NCBI GenBank assembly: GCA_964016885.1
Contig: OZ024741.1
Location: 360,158,001-360,222,000 of the forward strand
Direction of reading: 5' to 3'
DNA length: 64,000 nucleotides
Source: Eledone cirrhosa
Lineage: Eukaryota
A model generated the notes under the pieces. It had not been told where the DNA came from, searched no databases, and saw nothing but the letters and a program-made list of their open reading frames with translations. Position numbers and translations under genes: made by a program. Each line of letters starts with the position of its first letter. Position 1 is the stretch's first letter. Positions 30,201 through 42,400 of the stretch are shown here, piece by piece.

Positions 30201-33200
30201 CAAATGTGGGTACAAGACAGGACACCAGTCCATTGTAGGGTTAACTCCTAGCTGCTTCTGGTACACATTTTTAGTGCAATATAACAGAGGAATATGAAAA
30301 CGATGTGCCACCTGGTTTAGGAATCAATACCAAAGGCAAGGCAGAATTAATTAGAAAACTAGAAGCTATCAAACTTCTAAGTAATAGTCAATTCTTACTT
30401 CTGTACCAATTTTATTACTCAAAATATAAAGCCTGTCAACAGAACTAAAATTTAGATTAATATATAAATACAGAATATATAAACTTCACACAAACAACAG
30501 GCTGAAGTCTCATAACAATAAAGGTTACCAATAGTTTCCCCCAGGCTTTTATTGTTTTTCAACCAACTTTGGTAGAACATGAGAAGTGCTACTGTAGCAA
30601 AGAATTAAACATTTTAAATTCTATTTCTGTCATGATAACTACATATCAACAGGCAATAGTCACTAAGCTAGGTGTAACTAATAAATCCTTATTAACAGAC
30701 ATTGAAGCTGAAATATGTTAACTACAAAAGAATTTTGGAAGAGGAAAAAACTATTAATACATTATAAAACCAAAGCACTGATAAAAACTCTAAACTACAA
30801 ACTGACTAATGCAATAAGCTAATAAATATAAAAGAGTGTGTGCATGTGTGTGTGTGTGTGTGTGTGTGACTAAGGGCTAGAGTAAACAATAATAGATACA
30901 AGATAGAGAGGCCTCATTAGTTCTCCCATAGAGTGCTGGAGTCATATTAAAATGCACACAGAACACTTTGAAAAGTGAGGTATGCAGCCATAGAAAACAA
31001 ACCCCCAAAAGTAAAAAATAAAATAAAATAAATGTTTAATTTCAAAAGTGAGATGTGGACTCCATATCATTGAATACCTGTATAGGAAGGTAGTAACTCT
31101 GAATAAGAGCTCATACAGGTTAGAAAGGACTTAGTCCTTTCACAAACTATATCTTCTGTAGTACATAAAATGAACCCAATCCACACTGTAAGGCATATAC
31201 AACAAAAAAGTTGTCTGATTTTTTTTCTGTTGCTCAATCAATGTGCAATGGTTTGCTCAAGAATCTCTTGTACACCCCCACCTCTTCACACACACTTAGA
31301 CATCACCCAACTTTATAGTAGTACATCTGATGCTTAATATAGAATAGTAAGGAACCAATTGTCAGATTGGGCCAATGAAACAATTACTAGTACTGTCTGT
31401 CAAAACTCCTGGCATAATGAAGTGGGATTTGGGCTCAAAACACACAGAACCAGATCAGAAACCGCAAGGCATCTTGACTGACACTTTAACAATTCAGTTA
31501 ATTTACTGTCTCCTGGATTAGTACTTTATTGGGTCCGACAATATAATGCACCAGTCAGCCTGCCTACACAACAACAAAAGTTCAATGATTTTTCTGTTAC
31601 TGTGTATCCCAGATCAGACAGATCACAACAAATGATAAGACCCATCCAACATGTAAATTCTGATGTAAAATAGTTAATAGGCAACAAACAAAGCACAACA
31701 AAAGCTGATACAATACAATACATATCTAAAAAGTCAAATGAAATGAATGCAACAGATAAAATAACTAGTAACTCACTGCTTTTGTATTTGATGCTGCAGT
31801 GAACTTACCCTGACACTTGATAGAGCAGCAGTGGCGGTGGCAGCAGCAGCAACAGAATAGTAGGAAGAGGAGGAGGAAGCAGAGCGTGTAGCCTTGGGCT
31901 GGGGAGCAAGCAACTGTGCAAAACAAAGGGAAAACACCTCACAAAACAAGGGAGACAATTGTGGCGAAGTCAGTGTCAATCAATCCAGCAGTCATGTTAA
32001 GCATTCAGCATATATTGTTTGTTCATTATCATTAAAGTCAACTTGAACCAATCTCTCCACAAAGTAAAGAAGTTGTTTATTGAACAACACTCAAGAATTC
32101 AATGAAATAAAGTACAAAATATTAAAACAATGTCAGACTTCATTTTATTATTAATATTTCGAATATATATATATATATCATATCATATCATATGTATATA
32201 TTGAGATCCTAAGATTTCAGTCTTTCCTGTTCCTGTGTATCCTGGTTACAATAATTAAGAGAATGAAATGCAATGGACCTCCAGTGAATGTTCCAGTTAT
32301 TTGACCATGGGATTAGTGTGTAAATGGCTAAGCATTCCACAGATATGTACTGTTACTGCTGGATTGAGGGGACGGCAAAAGGCCAGATGGCATGACCATC
32401 TTCCCGTTCCGTGGTGGCAAACCCCTCGTCTAGGATGCCACTTGTACCGACCCTTTCTGCAGCCGCAACCTGGTGCAGTCTGCGACTGACCCAGGTGCTG
32501 CTGCACGTCGGGCTGAGGGGGCCAAACTCCTTAAATACCAGTCGCTCTCCGACAGGTTTGCGGTCGTACCCCTGGCAGTGGAGACTTCTGGTGTCCTCGG
32601 CCCCAGGGCTACCTCCTTACTCACCACCATAGGCGCTGAGCTGGCCAGCCGCAGGTGTGAGCCCCACAAGTTAGAGTGGCTTTTCCAGCGCGTCTCCCTT
32701 GCCGTCCTCCGGGGAAACGCCTTCTCCATTCTGTCCGCCGGGGCTGTGGGTGGGCCCCATTGTGTACCGTTGCAGTTGTTGTAGAAGAAACAGGAAGACA
32801 ACAACTGGAAAGTTTGATTTTCTACTTTATCATTTACTAATGTAAGGGTAAACTGATGTCTATCCAACCTGTCTAGTCATAGAATATAACAGCACGTCCA
32901 ACATGGCTGATGGAAAGCAGATTCACAGATACACCATAAGACTGGCCAGTCTTTTGAATTAGACAAGTACAGTTCATCCTGTTTCTGTCTATTCAATTTT
33001 GCTTATAAGGCTTGGGACAACTCAAAGTTATATGAAATGACACTTGAACATTTCAGTGCAATCAAACCCAGAAACTAAAGATTGCAAAGCAAATTTCTTA
33101 ACCATATAGTCATGCTGCATCTACAATAACTAAGAGAGTTGACGGCAAAATGCTTGAGACTTTCCAGCATTGAATTGCAAGTTGTATTCAACAGATATCT

Positions 33201-36200
33201 TGTATATGGCATTGATGTCTTTCTGGGTTGTTTTAACAACATTGAAATTTTAAATTGCTTTTGGCCTTTCCACAATCAGCATAGCTAATGAGAGAAACCA
33301 TTTATCTAAATGAAGGTGGCTCAGACAGCAGATATAAATAGTCCAAAAACAGTTCCCTGATATACTCCACTGAGAAAGGTTAATCTTCAGAAAGAGCTTC
33401 AACAGCGTTACTTAAAAGGATGATGAATTCTTTGTTGGTTTTGATGATGAAAGCATTCAGGCCTTTGATCAACTAAACATTCAGCTCATGAATCAATGTG
33501 TAGGTGGTTGAGTATTCCACAAACACGTCTACCCATAACATAATTCTTAAGCTGAATCAGCATGATACAACATGTGACAAGAGGAAGAAAGAATGTAAAA
33601 AAGAGAAAATGTGTGCGTAAATTTCACACTTGTTCACCTAGTTTACTTTAATAATTTTTTTCTTCTTTTGGCACAAGGCCAGCAATTATCCCAGTGCATT
33701 ACTGGTGCTTTATTTCATTGACTCAATAAGGATAAAAAGCAAAGTTAACCTCTGTGGGATTTGAACTCAGAACATAAAGGGTCATAACTATGCTGCTAAG
33801 CATGGTGCCTGATGCTCTACCAATACTGCCAATCCACCGCCCTTGTTTACTTTAATAATAATGCTACAATACATTCTTTAAAAATCTAAACATCACCTAT
33901 TGTTATCCTCCCATTTAGAGCATGCCTGTGCCCTGATAAAAATGCACTCAGTATGCTCTGTAACGTGGTTTGCATTAACAAAGTCATCCAGCTGTAGAAA
34001 CCATGCCAAAATATGAAATGTATGAGCAAGAAGTGGTTATATGACATGTCTTATCTCAGACAGTGATGACTCATCCAAGCCATGCCAACATGGAAAATGG
34101 ATGTAACATGTAAAATGATGATATGCACACATACACACTCATTATATTGGATATATTCAACATGGTGGCATGCAATTCGGTATCATTAATATCTTTCTAA
34201 ACATATCCATTTAGCAGGTACATGTAAAACTATCAGTCAACACCATGCATATTACATCCTTTTACTAGTTTCAACTGTCCAACTGTTATCAGGACACACA
34301 CATATATTATTTGTGGTCCACAACAAAGTTACATTTTTTCAAGGTGACTTCCACTCAAAGGATTCAATACTTGAGTTCAATAGGGTGTAAACTATTTTGT
34401 TACATTTGTACAAGTATTTTAATAATACTTATGTATATTATCAATAATATACTTATGTAATGAAACACTTGTACAAATCTGAAATAAATTGAAATTAAAT
34501 TGTATACACACATTTTTATAGCACACTAATATCTAAGTTTTGACAGTATAACAACCACTAATCACCAAAAAACACCATATTATTTCAAATAATATTGAAA
34601 GCGGATATAAAATGATGATAATGATTGGTTTAAAATTAAAAAAATAAATAACAAGCATTTTAAGAGAGTCTTCTCTGCTAAAGCATGGGTTAGCCTTATA
34701 GGCTCCATGACAAGCTTAATCATATTCATCATGGCATCTTTTTTGAGGCAATATTTTACAGCTGGATGCTCTTCCTGGTGCCAACCGGTTTAGTTGTCTC
34801 TTACAACACAGTGATACAGTGAACCTATTTTAAACTGGATACATACACAGTGACACAGTGTACCTATTTTATTCTAAACTGGATACATACACAGGGATAC
34901 AGTGTACCTATACTAAACTAGATATACACACAGGGATATGGTGTACCTATTCTAAACTGGATATACACACAGGAATACAGTGGACCTATTCTAATCTGGA
35001 TATACACACCAATATGGTATAGCTATTCTGAACTGGATACACACAGTAATTATTATAATCTGGATACACATAATTATTATAACTACAATGAAGTTATTCA
35101 AAATATGTTTAAAATATAGTTTGCCTTAATAGTTTTTATTTAACTGTTTAATATCAATAGTTTGTCGATGGAATATTATTGTTATTTTATAGCAAACAGG
35201 ATAGTACCTGTGATATGTGAAGGGAATATAGAGAATTGTGTAATATAGGGACACCACGAAATGTCTATAGTGAAGTATAAGCTTACAACATAGCTAATAG
35301 TAGAAAGAAACTTGATGTAGGTTAAAATATAGGAGAAGGTTGTGGTGATGGTGTTAATTGTAGCTATTTACCATAAACCATTAGAAAAATACATGCAAGT
35401 CCCCAAATCATGACAATTCTTTATTTTATTAATAATATTGTTGCTATTAGTGCCACCAGTGTTCAATGTGGAAAGTGGGGGATAAAAAAAGTGAAACATT
35501 AATCTTATGAAATATTCATAAAGACAATATATTTGATACACTGAAAATAGAACACAGGAAATGGGAGATGATGAGTGGTAAAGGGAATAAACACTGTGGC
35601 AGTACATTACAAAACAGATAACCAATGGTGTTTATTGAACATGAGGAAACAGATTTAAAAATATGGTGATGGATAGATAGACTGGGTGTCTCCCAAAAAT
35701 GTATACATACTTTGATTACCTGTACAGGCAATATTTATTAGAAAGCTGTTGAAGTGTGTATACATTTTGGGGGGACACCCTGTATATGTATAGCAAGCAG
35801 TGTTCTATACAACATGGTGATAGATACAACAAAAGTATGTTATACATTTGTAATAAAAAAAATAAAAAAATTAAAGATTATATATACATATCCTCTATAG
35901 ATCGATTTACTTCCCATGGAGCATTGGGTGACAAGAGATCTCCATTTTTACAGTTACAATTCTTGTTATGGGCCTGCTTCCAGGTCAGGTACCTGCTTAC
36001 CATTTTGATTTATGGAAATAAGGTTGCTAACCTTGAACTGCATCTTTTCTCCCTTCTCAACACCAGCCAAAAACTAACCTAGCATTTCAGGAAAGGGGTC
36101 CATAATCCTGGATAAGAGCTCATTTCAGATAATGTCAGCCAGAGTCAGCCGAGTCTGGAAATCATATTCATTATGGGGTCCTTTTAAAGGTAATGCTCTA

Positions 36201-39200
36201 CAGTCCAAGTTTTACAACCCTTTTAGTTGCTAGTTACAACATACAGGGGTACAGTGCACCTATTCTAAACTGGATACACAAAACAATGCTGTCTGTGTTG
36301 GTACATAGAATTTATATAGATAAATTGTCCTGGAGGAAAACTATAACCCTTTCAGCAACTTTCATGACCTGGATCATCAGCTTGATGCCTCTCTAGTGCA
36401 TCTCCTTTGCTCCTGTAGCAATTTATGATAATACTGCTACACCTGCAGTTGGGTATGACACCATCCAGTACTAGTTGGTTAACTATGAGTCTGACTAGCT
36501 CATATCCTATCATACCAGATGTTTTAGCATCTCAGTGACTATACCAGATGGTCCAGCTGCTTTCCCTACCTTCATGTCCTTAATTGTTTTATCTATCATA
36601 CTGCTATCAACTTTCATGGCTGGTCCCTCAATAGGGTCTGCATCGTGTAGGCCTTCACTGTCACATTCATTTTCCTCATTCAGCAGCCTCTCAATGTTTT
36701 CCATGCTTTGTTTTCGGTATCAGACAGGGCAAATACTCCATTATCATCTTGCATACACTTTTATCCAACCACATCATGATATAATTTGAAAATCATAGGA
36801 AGTATATTTCATTAGAAATATGATACCGGAAAAGTTAAAACTGCTGACAAGAGCCAAAAGCCCAAAAGACTAGTAATAAGAAAGGTATTGGATATCTACT
36901 AAAACTTACATGGGTTATCACAAAAAAGTAAGAAAGGTTATAAGAATGGTTATAATCTCACCTGGGAATCTACCTGGGAATCCACTTGAGACTGGCTGCT
37001 ATCTTCCTCAAACACAATATCTTCATTATAAGCCACTTGTCGGTATCCTGTCAAAATATAACCAGAAGGTTTTTTTGTTAAAAATCTGTCTCATTATCAA
37101 AGAGATGGATGAAGTTAAAGACTTCCAATCAAATGATTGTAGGGGGAAGTTGTAGTTTGACAGCCACAACAATGTGAAATGGATGAACAAAAATAAGACA
37201 AAGCAAGAGGTTATGTTTCACCTTATTTATCTGTTTTGATATTTCAAGATAAAATCTGAGACTAGACTGGTTTCGGAAAAATGTGTTAATGATTGTAATT
37301 TTTACAATTTCTTTACCAACATGTGATACCAACATTATTAACACATGTGGTGACTGGTGACTCGCTACCAGTACAAGCAACACACTGCAAAATGTAATTG
37401 TGGTGAGATATCGCTGGTTGCATGGAGTAGAGGGATCCATTTTTTCCTGCAGTGGATGGGACCGGCTGACAAACCAACTGAGTTAACATAGGGTAGAGAG
37501 GACCCTCTGATCTCGTCAAGAATCTGACAACCCTTCTAGTGTTGGTGCCACAGTAAATGGCACTCAGTACAAAACGTAAAACGATAGTGCTGGTGCAACT
37601 ATAAAATGTACTGAGTACTCTCTGTGACGTGATTAGGAAAGGCATCCAACTTAAGAAACTATGTCGAAATCTGGAATGTATGAGCAAGACATAACTCTCT
37701 GACTGTGTCTTGTTTCAGACCTCGATGATCCATCCAAACCATGCCAACAATACCAATATCATTATTAACACAACATGTGTTAATAATAGGGCGGTGGATT
37801 GGCAGTATCAGTAGAGGGTCAGACGCCATGCTTTCCAGCATAGTTACGTCCCTTTTCGATCTGAGTTCAAATCCCGCTGAGGTTGACTTTGACTTTCATC
37901 CTTACAGGGTCGATAAAATAAAGTACCAGTAATGCACTGGGTAATTGCTGGCCTTGTGCCTAAAGTAGAAACAATTATTAACACAACATGTGATACCAAC
38001 ATTATTTCTAGAGGGACAGGCTTTAATATTACTGCAAATGATACATGCTAGCATGCTGATTTACATGAGTTGGAACAAAACATTTCTTAAGCATGTTGTA
38101 TACCACTAACATTTGTCAAAGCACCATGGTGCAGGAGACTTCAATGCCAAGATGAGTAGTGACCGTAAGGGTCAAGAATATAGTGTGGTATATTAACTCT
38201 TAACACCCGGTAAGGATTTAGCAGATAATATCTAAAAAATGGGTTTGTTAATTCAAATGTTTATAATATCTTTACTAGAGAGAGATTGAAAATAAATTTG
38301 AGTATTTAAGTAAAGACTTAGATGTTTAATGTGGTGTTGTTTTGTATGTTTCAGAAATGTCTGGCTAATATGGTTTTATATGATACAGAATGTTAAGAGT
38401 TCAAAAGACATTCAAATATAGTATATCAAAAACAATACAGAAATTTCTCTTTATAGAATTAAGAAAACAGGTACAAAAGTAGAAAAAATACACTCGCCTT
38501 TCATTTCTGATGCATTTACATTCTGGTTGCTATCCAGTACAGATCTCATAGACTTATTGTCAATTCTCTGGGCCCACCTACCACGTGGCTGAGTAGGACT
38601 TTGAGGGTCTTCCACTGATATCACACCTTGGTTGTCAGTCTAAAAGAGATAATACATGAAACTATAGAGACTAGACTTTTTAAAGGAACAGTTTCTATAG
38701 TAAATAAAGTATTCATTCAACAACCATTTTCCACACTAGCATAAGTTAGATAAATTGTCCCATTGTGAAACAAGTCAGATCAGATGACTGTCTTGATCAT
38801 ACAGAACTGTTTCCGGCTTGGATTCTACAGCTGGATGCCTTTCCTAACACCAACTACATTTAGAGGGTGGATTGGATGCTTTTTGTTGTGTCGCCAGCAT
38901 GAATACCTCATATGGTGGACTAAGGGATTTTGTTGAGTCACCAACATGACCACTTTACAAGGTGGACTGAGAGCTTTTAGCCATTTCAGCAGCATTGTGG
39001 AAAGAATGTATGTGTGTATGTGTGTGTATATATATATAAACTTTTTGTGTGCATCTGGTTTAGAATCAGCACACCATAACCCTGCATATCATAAGGGGCA
39101 ACTAAATGGATTGGCATCATGAAGGGCATCTATTAGTTAAACATTTCCTAAATCATGATTCCATGAGAAGAATGAAGCCAATTATGGGGCTCACAGTGCT

Positions 39201-39411
39201 AACTCCTGTTTTAGTAGAGAAAATGGCTTTAAAATGCTTGTTGTGCTGTGTGTGTATCATCAGCATCAGCATTTTTACAATAACTATCTCATGTGAGGAT
39301 GGATTAAATAGGACATTCTGGATACCCTTCCTGACGCCAGCCCTTTTAGTTGCTTCTTATGACATGTGGAGACATGGTGTACCTATTTTAAACAGATACA
39401 CATGACCTTAT

Positions 39412-39458
<47 letters not shown>

Positions 39459-42400
39459 AGTGTCAATATCTAAGATCTTGAAAAAGTTCACATGCAAACT
39501 ATTGATAAACAAGCCATTAGCTTTTCAGAATATTTGTTTTCAAAAGTGTATATGTGAATTTATTTACAATTTATCTACATACACAATGTTGTAGTACTTT
39601 ATTTTCTATACAGACTATATTCATAGACAGTGAAAACTCTACATATGCTGTAAAAACTGTTACAAAATTATAAAAACTATATAGTCTATATAAAGACTAC
39701 AATTATAGACTGTATAAACACTAGATAAAAACTATATCTATATACTATAAAAAGTATATAGTCTATATAAAGACTACAATTATAGACTGTATAAACACTA
39801 GATAAAAACTATATCTATATACTATAAAAAGTATATAGTCTATATAAAGACTACAATTATAGACTGTATAAACACTAGATAAAAACTATATCTATATACA
39901 ACAATGGATCTCAGACTGGCAACTCAAGCTAGCTGTGGACAAGTGCACCACCATGCATTTTGGGAGTAAAAACCCAGCGTCCACATACTCCCTCCACAGC
40001 ACTAATATCAAGAAGTCTTCTTGTGAACGTGACCTGGGCATTACGGTCAGCAGCGATTTGCGTTGGACGAAGCACGTCTCTAAAATTGTCAAGAGGGCCG
40101 AGGGTGTCTTAGCATCACTCAGCAAGACCTTTGTCAGCCGCTCTCCAGATATCTATTTAAGGCTGTACATGGCTATGGTGCGGCCACACTTAGAATTTGC
40201 ATCACCAGTCTGGAACCCCTATCTTGCTCAGAACATTGACCACCTGGAAACTGTTCAGAGATGTGCAACCAAGCGAATACCCTCCATCAGGCATCTACCA
40301 TACTCTGAACGCCTTGCTTCCCTGGGCATGGATACATTGAAGCTCCGACGCCTGGCAACTGACTTGGTAAACACCCACAAAATTGTTAACTATCTTGCCA
40401 ACAACAACCCTGAGTACCTTTTTGATTTCCATGTGTCTAACACACGTGGACATGCCCACAAAGTCAGAAAACAGCACAGTTCCCATGACTTTCGGAAACA
40501 TTTTTTCACGCTCAGAGTTGTTGAAGCATGGAACAAACTACCTGCATCAGTTGTTAGCTGTTGAGACACTGCATTCTTTAAGGCCTCCATGCTTCCCGAG
40601 ATCTGCCAACACTACAGCTAACACATACACACATGTACTTCCCTGACATTTGTGTATTATTCTATGTACTATACATACACCTTTGACGAGTTGTAGTGCA
40701 CCTGAGCACTTTACACAATTTCATTATTATTATACTATAAAAACTATATAGTCTATATAAAGACTACAATTATAGACTGTATAAACACAAGATAAAAACT
40801 ATATCTATATACTATAAAAACTATATAGTCTATATAAAGACTACAATTATAGACTCTATAAACACTAGATAAAAACTATATCCATATACTATAAAAACTA
40901 TATTTATTTAAAAGTATATATATATTTCAGAGACAATGGCATTGAAGACTTGTGAATCCATGTAGTGCAGTGTGAATCTTTAGTTAAGTTATTAAACTCT
41001 ACTTAGACTATTTTTTAGGTCAAGTTCTCATCTGCAACATGCATTCAAAGTCAGAGTTAAAGATCTACAAACATTAAAGTACAAGAAGGAATGATAATTT
41101 GACAAATATTGACATAGCAGATTACACTTCTGCGCAGACATTCTATGATGTCTTATGTGATATGTTTGTTGCCTTGACTTGGGCACTCAACTTTTGATGG
41201 CGTTGTAGAGGCTGTGCTGTGACATATGGCAAGTTTTAGGCATTTAAATTTCAATGCCAAAATGAGTAGTGATCGTAAGGTTCAAGAATATGGTGTGGTA
41301 TATTAACTCTTAACACCCTGTAAGGATTTAGCAGATAATATCTAAAAAAATGGGTTCGTTAATTCAAATGTTTATAATATCTTTATCAACCTGGTTGATA
41401 ATAAATAATTGTTTCTACTTTTTAGCACCCATAAGGATGAAAGGCAAAGTTAACCTCGGCGGGATTTGAACTCAGATCATAAAGGGACATAACTATGCTA
41501 GAAAGCATGGCGTCTGACCCTCTACCGATACTGCCAATTCTGTTAAATGAATAACTTTCTAGACCAATAGTGGGTTATTTTTAATGAGCCCTGGTGTACA
41601 CACACATACAAAAACACACAATATATACGTATATGCAAAACCTAAAGTTGTCATATTTTCATTTACACACAACATACTTGTCTTATGATCTTGTGATTGA
41701 TAAAAAAGACATACCTTAGGTTTTGCCCAACTAGGAAGCTGTCCAAAACTGATACGATAATTAACTGGATTATTAGAGTTACCAAACCCTCCACCTGATG
41801 TCATTTCTACAGTATCATTCTTCACAACTGATTCGTGTAGGAATACAGGGGCGACGTTATTACCGTGTCCATTGGATGGGCTGCTAGTTACAAAATCAGA
41901 GTTTCTTTGCAAAGGGAAAACTTCGTTGTCATCAGTCTCTGTGAGAGAAGTTGGTCTAATGGGTGTCACCGGGTTTACATGAGTTCTGGAAATCAATCAA
42001 GTCAGGTATTTATATTGCTGTAACAACTTTGTCAAAACAGAACATCACACCAGAATCAAAATAATTTCAAACACACACATGCGTATGCATATTATAAACA
42101 ATGAAAATTAGTAGTTTTGAAATGTTGACAACTGCTAATAATATATGCATTAGTACTTACCTATCAACCAAACATCTCTTTGTAAGGAATGAACACGCAT
42201 GCAAACACACACAGTTGATTAACCCTTTTGATACCAAGCCACTTGAAACCGTTTCTGTTCTGACTTTATTTGAAGATGTTTACATTTATTTAAAAGGCCT
42301 CCATCATAATTTTATGTAAAATCCTTTGCTCAATGATAAGCACAATCACCATAAAGGGTGGCCTGGGTGCTTTGATGTGGCACCAAAAAAAAAAACCACC

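Noticed and set aside
32431-32433. TAG in the RLE relic as an A-to-I-recoded Trp codon
   Set aside because: The fragment is truncated and has no evident promoter. A simple G-to-A mutation is the more economical explanation.
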